DNA of 64,000 bases from Felis catus (GCF_018350175.1 NC_058383.1:39060001-39124000); one strand, 5' to 3'. Counted from the stretch's first letter, positions 42,401 through 56,007 are shown. A program made the numbers and translations. Notes: generated by a model not told the origin, from the letters alone.

Positions 42401-43159
42401 CACAGAGAGGGGCCCCTGAGTCCTCCGCACAAGGTGGTCCATCCCAGGTCTGTCAGCCTCCGGGGAGCTCCCAGTGACCCTGCTGTGCCCACCACCCATC
42501 TCCCACTTCAGGAGTGGACAGTCACCTGGAGGGTCAGCCCCACCCAGGCTCCCTCCTCAGCACATGCAGGGCCAGCTTCTCAGGGTCTCACTGCTGTCCC
42601 CAAACACCACGCAGGATCTGATGAGTCATGAGATCTCTGCATTTCCCACCTCTCGGGTGGGGAACGTGATTTTCCACAACACTTGGATATGACAAACACA
42701 GCTGTGCACACGAAGCCCAGGTGATTCCATCGTAACCACTCACTGACACTGGGTGCTGTGCCTTCCTCCCAGGCCGTGCCTCCCAGGGGTCCAGCACACC
42801 ATGACTCCCCTCACCCCAAATTTTTATTCATTTGACAAACTTGTGTTGACATGACTCTTCTGTGCCATGAGAGGCCAGGCAGGGCAATGGGAGATGACCG
42901 AGGCGAGGTGTAGACTTCACACGAGCACAGCAGCAGGGGCGATGGTACCCCGAGTGTACAAAGATGGGGAGTCAGCCAGGTGCAGGAATGGGGACGGGCA
43001 CATGGGGCAGCTGAGGCAGGTGGTGGTGAGTGGCCAGGGCTGAGATAAGAGGGGGCTGGCCGATGGCCCTGCGTGCCACCTGCACTAGGAGACTGGACAT
43101 CACCCCATGCAAGGGGGACCTCTAGGAGAGTCTCAGCAGCAGGTGGCATGATCAGAGCC

Positions 43160-43588
43160 ACTTTTCTTTTTTTAAACATTTATTCATTTTTGAGAGTGAG
43201 AGAGACAGAGCATGAGCAGAGAGGGGCAGAGAGAGGGAGACACAGAATCCGAAGCAGCTCCAGGCTCCGAGCTGTCAGCACAGAACCCGACACGGGGCTC
43301 GAACTCACGGACCGTGAGATGGTGACCGGAGCTAAAGTTGGACCTTAACCGACTGAGCCACCCAGGCGCCCCAGAGCCACTTTTTTTTTTTTTTTTTAAG
43401 TTTACTCATTCTGAGAGAGCGAGCGAGCATGCGCACACTCAAGGGCAGGGGAGGGGCAGAGAGTGAGAGAGAGAATCCCGAGCAGGCTCCACCCTGTCAG
43501 CACAGGGCTCGATTCCATGAACATGAGATCATGACCTGAGCTGAAACCAGGAGTCAGACATTTAACCAACTGAGCCACCTAGGTGCCC
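43160..43588 (-). mobile_element. Two adjacent Can-SINEs (43160-43372 and 43381-43588)
   Basis: Two reverse-oriented SINE bodies; the first is flanked by TSD agagccacttt. Confidence 0.88.
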
Positions 43589-45068
43589 GATCGGATCCAC
43601 AGGCTGGAAAAAAAAAACCCTGGTGGCTGAGAAAGGAGGGCAGAGTCCAGAGAAGAGGCATGAGAAGGAGTGGGATAAGGCCAGCCCCTGAGTGGACCCA
43701 ACACACTGCCCAGGAGTGGACTCCACCAGAAGAGGTGACCCAAGGCAGATACCCAAGCCAAGGACAGGGAACCTGGCCCAAGGCAGGGGTGAGTTGGCAG
43801 AGCAGAGGGAAGTAGGCACTCACCAGAATCCTGACCCACCCCCCACCGCAGAACAGCTCAGGCTGCCAGGGCTGGGCCTGCTGGGCCTTAGTCACCGTGC
43901 ACAGGACAGGGTGGCTGGTGTCACAGCTGTGTCTCAGCTCTTCCTCCACAGCCTGAGCAATCCCACATCTGTTCAGGGAGCGGAACCAGGAAACAAAGGA
44001 CGGAGAAGGAGGAGGCTGTGGCCCCAGCTGCGTGTGCAGGCGCGTGCACGGATGCCCTGAGTCCCAGGAGAGAAAGGACGGCAGGACGGGGAGGGAGAGG
44101 CAGTGACGTACTTGGTTCTGGGCCTGCGGAGCTCCACGTGACAGGGAACTGCTCCCCTTCCCAGGCAGTGCCCCCGAGTGGAGTTCAGAGCTTTCCCCAT
44201 CTCTAGGTGGCTCCTCAGCCTTAGAGATCATCATTCCCTCTCAAGGTGGCGCCTGCAAAAAGGCCAGGGTGCAGCAGAACCAGGAGCCCCTCGACACGTT
44301 CTTGGCACCAGAGCCGGGCACGCAGAGGTGACACCGTCCCTCTCCAGCCCCCCCAGGGTGTCTGGACCAGAAAGACAGAACCATCACGGGGCGTGTTTGC
44401 TGCCTGAGACGGAGATGCTCCGAGTGCAGAGGCCACCGGGCCAGGCAGGGAAGACAAGCCGCGTGGGAGGGGAAACAGAGCCTCCGGGGAAGGAAGAGGG
44501 AAGGAGGTGGGGGGGTCACGACATGTCCCCGAGACTGTCTGGCTCACACAACCCAAAGGGGCAGGGATAGGCCTGGGCACTGGAGCAGGCCTGGAGTGGG
44601 GCATATTCCAAGGTGGGCGATGACTATCGTCTCCCACTACTCTGGAACATTCTTCTCAAGTGTGAGTCAAATCTGACTTCTTCACAAGGTCCAGTCCTCC
44701 CACCCGTCTGTTGGGAGGCCAGGAAATGCCCCGTTCCCCCCCAGGAATCTGCCGGAGGCCACGGGGACAAAGCTGCAGGACACTGTCTGGGACCTGGGTG
44801 GGCCACACTCATCTTCCCATCTTCGCCCTCAGCTGTAGAAGGACTCCCGATCGTGCAGATGGCTGGCGGTGACAGCGTGGCCCACTGGGGAAACCACGGT
44901 CACCGACCCCCCACATTCCCTTACTGTGCTGCCCCGCATTCACCCACCCGACTCCCACCTCTTCTTGCTCTGGAACTTGTCTGTGACACACAACACCCAA
45001 CTCGTCACCCTCTCCCCGAATGTACCCTTTGTCCTTCTGGCCAGAGGGGACTCCCCCCTGACCTTAAC

Positions 45069-45373
45069 CCCTCTGTCTGGGCTCTCCCCGGACCCTGCCC
45101 CCTCCATCTGGGTTAGACATGACCCCGCCCTCAATCTGGACTCTCCCAGGACCCTCTATCTGGGCTCTCCCCAAACCCCACCCCCTTCTGTTTGGGCTCT
45201 CCCCGGACCCCACCCCCCTCTATCAGGGCTCTCCCTGGACTCTGTCCCCTCCATCTAGGCTCTCTGGACCCTGCCCCCCTTCTATCTGGGCTCTCCCTAG
45301 ACCCATTCCTCCTCTATCTGGGCTCTCCCAGGACGTAGTCCTCCTCTATCTGGGCTCTCCCAGGACCCTGCCC
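45069..45373. repeat. Pyrimidine-rich minisatellite, ~10 copies of ~31 bp (ctctatctgggctctccc.ggaccc..ccc)
   Basis: Repeated 'tctgggctctccc' core visible directly; located in TBC1D24 intron 1. Confidence 0.85.
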
Positions 45374-48300
45374 ACCCGCACTCATCCCAGCTCAAAGCCT
45401 TTGCTGCAGGGCATTAGAGGGCAGAGTAGGCACTCATAGCTTGATGATCCCCAACTTTAGAAGCCTTTACATCTCTAACGTTTCATCCACATCTTGGTCA
45501 GCCCTGAAACGGCTCCACCCAGAGATGGTGTGTCACCAGCACCCTACTCTCGGAACCCCACCCAAGCGCTCTTTACTGTCTCCCCCCCCCCGCCCCCACA
45601 CGTCGTGACTCCATCTCCCCTCACCCAGCAGCCCCTCTTCGATCTACTTCCTCGCCCACTCAGCCTAGACCTGCCCGCCGAGCCCCTGATGCGCTCTCTC
45701 AGGCGCCAGGCACACCTACAGGAGGAGTCGGCCCTGCACACCATCCGTAGAGGGAAAAGATGATGCTGCCTTGGTCACGGCCCTCAGAGCCACCGGCCGG
45801 CACCCTCTTACCCTCCACACTAGCCGACAGCTGCACACCGCCTGTGGCCCTCGCCCTCCTGCTGTCCCTCCTCTCCACCTGACTCTGCATCCCGCAGCTT
45901 GGCCCTGGATCTCACCTCCTGGGCACCCCAAGTCACCTGCCTCCTTAGCGCCCCCTTTCTGCTTTAAGAGCCCCTGTGCAGTTCCAGCTCCGTCTCCTCT
46001 TCCTTCCCTCCCAGTCAGGCTTCTGGAGAGAGCAGGGTGCACCCATCTCCCACCCCTCCCTTCTCGCAAGGACACCCTTGGGCTCTTATCTCCCTGAAGC
46101 AGGCGCGGGGGACCCCACGGCTCTCATCTCTCCTCTCCCTCCTGTGTGCGTCCCCTCCCCTCTCAGCTCCCGCTATCGTTCCTCCCCGTCTCTTAAATGT
46201 GGCTTTCGCAGGGGTCCACACTCCTCTCAGCCTGAAATCGTCTTGTGAGCTCAAGTCCTGTGACTCCAACTGCTTTCCTAAGCGTCTCTACCGCTGTTGA
46301 GCGACTCGCAACTCACCTCTGGACGGCAGCGGAGAGGCTCCCCGGCCGCACCCTCCCGCGGGACCCAGCCCGGTGCACGCGCCCTGTTGAGAAGGGGACC
46401 AGGCAGGACACACTGACCTGCTTCCCGCCTCTGCCCGAATGCCCCCTCCTTCACGGGCTTTCTCTGACCTCCCAGGCAGGGCCGAGGGCGCCCTCACTGA
46501 ACTCAACCCCCTCCTGGCATTGGCACGCTGTTGTGATGACCTACCTGCTTAGGAGTCCAGCTCTTCTAATACACGGTGATTTTTGAACCTGGGTACCTCA
46601 CACCACACCCAGCGTCCCCAAGAAGGAGGAAACAAGAGAAAGCAACATGGAGACTCAGAAAAACCCCAAACTGCTTTAGCCCAAGAAGAAAATTTAATTC
46701 TAAATAACAAGAGGGAGCATTTGCCAACTTGTACGCGTGTGACCTTCCCAGCAGGCATGTTCGCACGACAGGAGAGCGGGCTGCGCTCTGTCGCAGCCTG
46801 GAGACACAACACAGGGATTTTTCAAATATTAATGGCAACTGGCATATTGCACAATGACCGCCGGGCGGCCAGGGACTGGGGAACTTGATAGTGGGCGCTT
46901 TGCTGCTGGCACACAACAGAGGGCACGTGCCAGGTACAAGGGGTGTGACCATTCACGAGGCGTTGATCTTAGCACAGCTGGCTGGCCTGTCTGCCTGTCT
47001 CCAGGCAGAAGTTCAAATGCAGGTCTTACCAACGGCATCTGAGCCTGCGGCATGGGACAAGGAACAGGTCCCTGTTGGCCACTCAAAACAGTTCCCTGTG
47101 TCCCTGGGGGGGCAAAACACCTTTCCCCCAGCCTGGTCTGGTCTGCCCACAGGCAGGGGCTGAGGTTCGAATGGGGCTCTGTTAATTCAGGATCTTTACC
47201 TTCTGAGCAAAACAGGGTTCTCCCAACAGGTCTGGGAAAACACCCCCAGGGCACATGGTAAATAAGCTAGCAGCACAGAGTGAGAAGCAGAAGAGAGCCC
47301 CACCCCCGTCAGCAGCATCAGAACTCTGACTGGTCTGAATTCCAAACACGGTGCCTGGGACAGTTGTGCCTTAGACGACTGGCCACCGAGCAGGTACTCA
47401 GCAAGTATTTTTAGACCTGACAACAAAGCTGGGGCAAGAGGGAGTCCTGCAGCCACAATGATTTAAATAGGTATTCAAAACACTTCCTGGGCGCCAGACT
47501 ACCCAATGCTAGAATACAAAGATGCAAATTCTCAGCGAGCTTCTGCCTGTGGGACCACGAGAACGGACTGACCACACCAACCCAGGCACAGGCGTGAGGA
47601 GAGGAAAGCACAGAGAGTCTGGGACCTCAGCTGGGTCCTGAAGGATGAGGCAGCCCTGGCCCAGGAAGCAGCAGCAACGGCACAGGCACAGGACAGGGCC
47701 TTGGAACACAGCCGCTGCGGGGCCAGTGAACCCCTCAGCTGTTGAAGAGGGCAGGGCAGGGATCGTCACTCACAGCCTGGATGACAAGACAGCTCTACAG
47801 ACCAGCCATACAGGCTCCAAGAAGCCAAAGGGCCCAAGAACGAGGCCTGGGGTTCACTGGGAGGCACCTGCTCCCCTGTGCTGGACAGCGAGGGGTGGGC
47901 CAGCCCGGAAAGGAGAGAGAAATTAAGTCATAAACCTGGATCCTTTAGGCCGGCAGCTCTACCAAGATACGAAGGCTAGAAGGATCCTTGTTGGAAAAGC
48001 AATCACTGAAAATGACTAGGGAATGCTGGCAAAATGATACAAGCAAAGGCTAAAGGGGCAGAGAGGTGAGGTGAGCTTTTGGCGGGAGCAGCCAAGGAGC
48101 TCCATCTAGAACACTAACAGTAAGGCACTGATTGGTGACAGAACACCCACAGGTAAACGACAACCCTCACTGCGAGGGGTACCCAATTAAAAGTGTGTAA
48201 CGATTAGGCAGACACAGTTTCAGATGATGGGAAACAAGCCAAGCCGTGCATAGTGCGTTCCCAATCATCTGTAAAAGAAGAGGGCACGCTTGGGTGGGAT

Positions 48301-51300
48301 GGAGGGAGAGCCCATGAGTGCTCGCACGTGACCTCTGCCAGCAGATCCTTGTGCAATACTCAGGGGAGACCGATAAGGTCCCACAGCCAGGCAGTGGGGG
48401 ATAGAGCTGCACAGGACACATCGAGATCTTGTCTCCGGTGCCCTAAGTGAAGAGCATGTTCCGTCAGAGGCAAAGATAATGGCTAACAGCCCCCTGTGCA
48501 TTTATCCAAAGGCCAGCCCAGCCCTAGGGGGGCCTACGCCTCCAGCCCGGTGGGGCCACATGACTCCTGAGGGCAGGTAGGGGCTCCTTTTGCAACACTG
48601 GCCTTTCCCCACCCTCTCCCCCTCAGCCCCCAGGTGTGGGAGGCAGCACCATATACATGCCCTCTGCATCCTCAACAGAGTCTTTCCCAAGTCCCGCTTG
48701 CTGCCAATGCTGATGTAACACACAGAAACCGGGGTCCCAGAAGGACAGCAGGGGGACCCTGAGACTTCTGTAACTTTGAATGCATCTCTGGATCTGAAAA
48801 ACACTTTCTTCAGCATTCTTCATGGTTAGAAAAAGTGTTTTTCAGAGATCTAACTGTAAAGAATGCTCCAAGAGGACCAACCCTTGGTCTAGAGACAAAC
48901 GAGTCTTTTGAGATGAGTGACATCTGGAAGTTTCCCAAAAGGCAACTAAACACCAGGAAGGCCCTTGGAATCAATCATCTGACTTTGCACCTCTAGACTC
49001 TCACATTTTGCTGAGATCATTCGTTCGTTCTAACTAGCAAACTGGGGCTCTGTGACAAATAAAAAGCCCACTATCCTGCCCCCAGGCCCCAAAAGGCAAG
49101 CGGTTATTGATTAGACTTCCATTGTCACCTCCCCGCTGCTGTACGAGAAAACACCAGCTGTCTCCAGACTTCCTTCTCTTGCTTACTCCACACACTCTCC
49201 TGGTGAGGCCCACCCCAGTCCACATGGCTTCAGCACCATCGGAAGGAGTCCCCAAAACACGGTCGAGCCCAGGACGTTCTCCCTGGCTCTGGATCCACAT
49301 ATACCCACCTGCCACCGGGAGGCCTTACTTACTGGGAAGTTCAGCATCTGCAAACTCAATGTCATTGCCTGCCCCCAAGCCAGCCTCCTTCCGGCACCCT
49401 CTGCCTGTATCATGGCAATGGCAAATGCTGTCACCCAATCTTGGGAGTGTTCCCTACACCTTCTTTCTCCCTGACCCTCCCCAGCCCTGAAGCCACTTGT
49501 CCCAGGGGCCCGCTCTCCTTTCTGTCCCCCACCACTCTTCCTCTGTGCTGGGCCTACGTTTCAATAGGTGGGCAGCTTCCAACTCCGTGCCACCCGTCGC
49601 CAACCCACCATGGCCATCGACGCCCGGTCACCCCTGGAGGACACAATCTGATCAGTCACACACAACCCCGAGATATCCTGGTGGCTTCCCACTGCTCTCA
49701 GGGTAAAATTCACACTTGGGCCTGGAACTCAAGGCCTCTTCCGACCTGCCACCAGCCTTGCTTTCTCTGGCCTCACCTTCCTCTCTTCGCTCCACCTACT
49801 GGAGTCCCCACCACCCTTCTTGCAACAGCAGGTTGTGAAGTAGCTGTGCCCTTGTGACTTCAGGCAGGCATACGCTGCCCCCTCGCCCGGAAGGCCCTTT
49901 CCCTCATGTGGCCTTGCCACATCCATCATCTCCATCATCTCCTCGTTCTCCAAAACGTAGCTCACGTCCTTCTCCAGAGTCCCTACCAAAGGCCAGCAGA
50001 AGGCTACCCCTCTCTTTCCATCGCAAACCCCAGTCCACCTCTGGCAGCGCGCTGGCCACCCAAACGTGTAGCCACAGAATATGGGCACACGGCTTCCTCA
50101 GGTGAAGTACGACTTCGGTAAACCTGCGCTGAAAGCTTAATGAAAGTTACCAAATAAAGAAATTCAAGTGGATTCTTCATAAAATGCCCTGGGTTTTTTT
50201 TTTTTTTTTTTTTTGGTCTGTTTGTTTCCTTTGATATTATCTCCATTTGCAAAGTGACACTTGAAACAGCCACTGAAGCTGCTGCTTTGAATCGGAAAGG
50301 GCTTCTTTCTTCCACAAGCGGAGTTGTCATAACAGGAAAGGTATGCCTCAGCAAGTAAAACATTGAACAGGGTGAATGTTAAGTGCTTTTTTATAACCCG
50401 CTTCATTGTTCTTATGTACTTTAAAGCAGAAACCATCTCAAAGCAAACACTTAAATCCGTCTTCTGAGGCTAGCTCAAATGGTAACGAGAATTAGGAGCA
50501 ACACGGTGTGCCCAAGGTCACTCGACCTGCCAGACAGTCCTGGCAGCAGTGGTCAGTGTAAGCCCACGAGGCCCACCTGCACAGGAACTTGCGGATTCAG
50601 GGGGGTGAATTTTATGACTGTTGTGAGAAGCCTGCCTAGATGGCGTCTGCGTTTCCCCGAAGGTCACCCTTAACCCACACGAAAACTAGTTTTAGCATCT
50701 CGGTTCATTTCACAGCCTTTCAGAGAAACCCCCCCGCCCCCCGGCCCATTCCATGCCAGACAATAGGGGACCAAAGATGAATGTGACATGGCCCTCGCCC
50801 TGTCCACGGGGAGAGGCAGGCTTTAAACAGAGCACTTGCCATCCGATAAGCACTTCGGGTAAAGGCTTTATCTGAGGGCTGAGAAGATTAGATGAAGGCC
50901 GACCTCCAGCATGAAAGGAAGTGCACATGAGGGTCATACCACTGGCCAGAGAGAACTGTTAAACCTTTGTGAGATTTCTTCATCTCTTCTTATCTGGGGT
51001 GGTTTCTCCCAGACTGGATCCCCTAAAATGAACAGACCTTGCAAGCTGGTCTCCAAGACAGTGAAGCAAATGTTTGCAAGCAGCTGCTACGTGCCAGGGA
51101 CAGAGAGGGAAGATGGAAACCCCGCTCTCCAGTGGAGGAAACAAGCTACATCTGCCAAATAAAGGGGTGTTTTATTTTTTCTGCATTTGCCTGGAAGTCC
51201 CTGCCGACTCCAGAGCAAACATACATCAAAATAACAAAAACCACCTTGGACTGCCTCTATTGGCCCTAGAAAGGCAGACAGACTCCTGGCTAGGAATCGG

Positions 51301-51899
51301 AAGCTGGGGAAACACGGAAATGGCGGCATCACAGCCACGAGGCCCATGCCTCCTGAGCACGCGGCTAACCTAACAGTCTACCTGTGCCTCCCCGCAGTTC
51401 AGGTGGCTCTTAGACAACCTTTGGCCTTTAATGTCAGGCCAACGAGTGGCAATCCAGGAGACCCAAAGCGACCCTTTCTGCACTGAGTGAGGTCATCAGT
51501 GAAAACCTCTTGCCAAGCCACCAGCACCCCTGCCGCCAAAAACCATGACCAGGTGCAGCCTATCCCCGCCCTCCAGCTGTGCTTACTCAAGGCTCAGGAA
51601 AGCACAGCGCCCGGGGCCCTGTGGAAATGCTTCCTTCTGCCGGCAAGGCCTGCAGGACAGCTGCCGCCTGGCACAGCAGCCCAGCCAGCCGAGGGCTCCG
51701 AGGCAGGGTAGACACACCAGTGGCAGGTGGGCGGGCGTGTCATCCTGGGGCAAACCGAGGGCCCAGAGGAAAGCACTTGCAGGTCTTCAAGGGCAGAACG
51801 TTATCAGAGAATCTGTTGCAATTTCGAGTCCAGAAGAGGACTTCCTACCCCCGCAGAGCCGGAAAGTGCCCGGAGAAAAAGCCTGACACAGAACAGCTC

Positions 51900-52700
51900 T
51901 TTCCGACGCTTTGCCCCGGGCCGGCCACCCACCACGCGGCTTATTGGGGGGGGGGGGGGGCGCCGGCCCTGCCCCCCGAGGTGGGGGTCCGGCGGGGCCG
52001 AGGTCGGCCCCGGTCCCGCATCGCGCCCTGCCCGGCGCTCGGTCCGCGGGGTCCGGCAGGGGATGGCGGGCACCGCCAGGCGGACGGCCGCGGGCCCGAG
52101 AAGCGCGGGTTCCGGACCCCCGACCTGAGCCGCGGCCGGCCCCCGCGCCCCGCCTGGGACGGAGGCCCAGAAGCCCGGCACCACCTCCCCTCCCTCAGCA
52201 CTCCCCTTCCACCGTGACAGCCGGAGAACCGGCCCCGTGCCGGGCCGTCACGCCCCCCGCCCGCCGCGCCGGCCGCGCACCCACCTCCGCCCGCCGCGCC
52301 GCTTCTCCTCAGCTCTCTGTGCGACTGAGCGCGGGCCGTTCTGCGCACGCGCGCATGCGGCCCCGCCCCCGCCGAGCACGCGCCGCCGGCTGCCCACCCC
52401 GGGCGCCTGCGGGTCTCGGCCGCAGCGGGCTCTGGGCATGCGCGCTGGCGCCCCGCCGCGGGGCAGCGGGAGCTTGCGGCCGCCAGAGTCGGGTCCCGGC
52501 ACAGGGGAGTGTGGGCTCGTGAGCCGAGTGGGCGGGGGATGTGGGGTCCAGCCAAACGCAAGGTTGGGGGCGTCGGGAGCCGAGAGGGCTGCCAGCCAGA
52601 GCCGCCGTCCGGCCGGGTCACGCGTAGACCTGGGAACGCGCGTCCGCGTGGACACGACGTCTAGTCCCGAGCGGGCGGAGGAGGGGAGGAGGGGGTCCTC
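51900..52700 (-). promoter_or_regulatory. TBC1D24: TBC1D24 CpG-island promoter and probable non-coding exon 1 (donor at ~52284)
   Basis: CpG island; NRF1-like tgcgcacgcgcgcatgcg at ~52342; gcggag|gtgggt donor; likely exon 2 acceptor at 35565. Confidence 0.65.
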
Positions 52701-53608
52701 CGGGAGCGACCCGAGAGGAGGAGCCCGGAGACCGAGAGAGACAGCCGGAGACAAGACAGGGACACAGCAGGCCGAGAAAGGGGCCGAATACAGGCAGAGA
52801 CGCAGCGGGGACAGGGACACGGACGTCCAAGCGGCAGAGACAGGGCAGGCAGAGGTGACAGGCGTGACAGACCCGGACCAGAGGCTGCCTTCCTCGCTGG
52901 GGGAGGAGTCACAGCGCCCTCTGCGGGTCCTGGCAGGGGGCGGGGGAGCCAGTGTCACCGAGCCCCATGGGGGTCCACAGGCGTCTGTGATGGCCACAGT
53001 GCCTCCTGGGGAGGAGTCAGACCACTCCCTGAAGATCAGAGTCCGTGGGGGTTGGAGCCACCGCGGCCCTGGGGGTGTTCTCAGACCTTAGATGGGTCCT
53101 GGCATCACAAAGGGGTTCATATCTGTTGGGAGAGGGTCACAGTGCTTTTTAGGAAGGTGAAAATGCTCTCTGAGGGATCACGACATCACGGGTGTGTGGG
53201 GGGGGGGGCTGGGGGTCACAGCGTCCCTTAGAGTGTTCTCAGAGCCTCGAAATGTTGTTCGGCCCCACAGGGGGTTCACAGCCTCTTCGACCATCACAGT
53301 GCCCGTAGGAGGGGGAAGATAATGCGAGGATGGCGGGCAAGGAGTCCGTTGGGATGACAACTGCCCAGTGGATCCCTGAAGCAGCTCTTTGGGGCTATCA
53401 CATCCCTGTGTGTCGGCGCGGGGTGTCCCTACATCGGTCACACCCCTCTTAGGCATGGGCGCGTGGCATCTAGGGAGTCGCTGGGCAGGGTCGGGGCGAG
53501 GGCCCAGATGGCGACGCGCGCGACGCCAGCAAAGACTCCTCTGCAGGCAGATGCACCGGCTGAACGTGCGCCTCAACGTGGAAGCAGCGCCCCGCCCGCG
53601 CTGCGGGC

Positions 53609-56007
53609 TCAGGCCGTCCCGCAGCGCCCCCGCCGCTCGCGCCGCTGCAGTCTCCGCAGGCGCCTCGTCCACGCATCGCGCCAGGGCAGCACGAGGCTCC
53701 CGCGGGCAGCGCTGAGCCCGGGCCCCCGGCCCCCGACCGCGGTCCCCGGCCCGCCCCCCAGCAGCAGGTAGCGGCGGCCGGGCAACAGGCGCGGGCAGCC
53801 GCAGGCCGCGTCCCGCGCCGGCACCCACAGCGCGCTGCTCCCTCGCCTCGCGCGCTCCTCGCCGCTCCGGAACACTGCAAGCACGGCCACCGGGAAGCGC
53901 GTCCACGAGCCGCGCGCCTCGCCGCGCGCGCCCACCGCCACCTGCACCGCTGAGGGGGGCGGGGGGAGGGCGAGATGGGGCGGGGTCAGGCGGGGCGGAG
54001 CCGGGAGGGGGCGGGCCGCGCGGAGGAGCTCCGGGCGCCCGCGGTGTGGGGAGGGGGGCACAGAGAGGGGACGGGGGGGGGGGGTGACAGGGCGGGGCCG
54101 GCGACAGGGGGAGGCCCAGGGAGGGTCAAGGGACGGTGAGAAGGTGACGGCAGGAGGCCTACCGTAGTCTTTCCTGCAGAACTTCTTCAAGCTGATGCGG
54201 TAGCTGCCGCGGGCTGGTTTGCAGTGCACGTCGCAGTCTGGAGGGGGTGTGGAGGCTGGCACAGATCCCTCCCTTCTTACCCCGCCCTTTCCTCCTCCCC
54301 CTCCTTGAACCCCAAGCCCCCTTCCCCCACAGTCATGCCAATCTGGGCCCCTGTTCTGTGTCCACTCACCCTGGGGTTCCACAGAGCTGCTCTCCTCAGT
54401 GGGTCCAGGGACAGGCGTCTCTGCGGACAGGGTGAGAGAGCCGCCTGCATTTGAGGGGGAGGATTCGGAGGGCTCTGGGGACAAGCAGGTAGCAGCGGGG
54501 AGGGGGGGGGTGGGGAGGGGGAGTGTGGAGAACTGGTGTGGTTTCGGCTGAGGTGGCGGAAGCAGGGCAGGGTCACTCACTAACGCAGGGTGCCACGGGA
54601 GAGCGGCTCTGCTGGAAGCCGGGGGCGCAGCGATTGCAGGTGAGGCCCGTGACACCATCCTTGCAGGGACACTGGCCTGTGGTCTGGTTGCAGGTTTTGC
54701 CAGCAGCACCAACAGGGTGACAGTCACATGCTGAGGACAGAGATGGGACGGTCAGAAGCCCATCTGGGGAGGTGGGAACCCAGAGGGTGAGGACGTGCAG
54801 GCAGCCGGCGGCAGGCTCACCCCTGCAAGCGCGGCGGTCACTCAGGGCACGGCCAGGGTCTCGATAGAAGCCCTCCCGGCAGTAGTGGCAGTGGCGGCCG
54901 GCCGTGTTGTGCCGGCAGTTGAGGCAGACCCCGCCACTGCGGCGGCCGGATAGTCGGTACAGCTCCATGTTGAAGCGGCAGCGGCGCGCGTGGCCATTGC
55001 AGGAGCAAGCTGCAGGAAGGGATGGGTCAGGGGCAGGCTGGCCCAGTCCAGGGTCCCCAGGCCGCCCTCCAAGGCCTCACCAAGGCAGGCGTGGGCTTCC
55101 CGGGCCGTGGCCCGCTGCCACGGCCTGTCGCAGTAGAAGGGCTTGCAGCGGCCGCAGTCGGGGCCCTCGGTGCCATGCTGGCAGTCGCAGATTAGGTGGC
55201 CCTGGGTGTCCAGCAGGCACCTTGAGGCATGCCCATTGCACTTGCAGCGCCCGCCCACCTGGAGCTCAGTCGCCGAGTAAGAGTAAGGGACCATGGCCAC
55301 GGAGTCCCTGGTGTCCCCCAGCACGGCAGGCCTTGTGAGCACTATTCGAATGTCTGTGGCAGTCACCCAGTCTTGGAGCACTGGGCTGCTGTCCAGATCC
55401 AGGCCTGGTGGGCTTCCGTCCTGCACGCTGAAGGCCAGAAGGCCACCACCATCGGGCTGGGCCTGGGGCTCCGGGAAGCACAGAGCTTCGGGCCCTGGGC
55501 CTGGTGGGCCATCGGCAGGGACAGGCAGGCGGCCATAGTCCAGGCCACAGCGGGAGGAGAAGAAACCCAGTGGGGCCCAGCTGCGGCCATGGTCCTGTGA
55601 CTTGAGCAGAGCCACCGAGGCAGGGGGCGCAGAGCAGAAGCGCAAGCTCACGAACACCAGCTCAAAAGCCTTGCCCAGAGGCACTGTGAGGGTCACGTTG
55701 AAGGGCGCCTGCGTCAGTGAGTCCGAACGCCAGCACACAGGGCTTGTGGTGCTCCCTGCAGAGGTCAGGAGGGCGGCCGGGTGTGCCCGCCTCGGGTCGG
55801 AGGCATCACAGGCCCGCGTGGCCGGCCGCCCACACGTGCTGGACGCCAGTACCTCGCGGCCCAAGGCGGCGTTCACCAGGCCCGGCACGCAGCCGCGGGG
55901 CGCGCCCCCCTCGTCATGGCAGGGTCGGCGGGCGCCGGCGGCCCCAGGCTCAGAGCGGTCGAAAGCGTGCCCGCGGTCAGCAGCAGCCCCCAGGGCCAGC
56001 CGGGCAT
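53609..56007 (-). CDS. NTN3: Netrin-3, 6 exons; 1-nt deletion at ~55922-55924 in this sequence
   Basis: Exons 56007-55081, 55009-54821, 54730-54581, 54420-54370, 54237-54163 and 53949-53609. Signal peptide [10 protein letters not shown], laminin N-terminal domain, three LE/EGF repeats and NTR domain. Exon 1 is 927 nt but needs 3n+1 nt for the phase-1 junction. Confidence 0.93.

Noticed and set aside
51941-53091. Multiple 200-284 aa ORFs at the TBC1D24 promoter
   Set aside because: CpG-island ORF artefacts with no recognisable domain.
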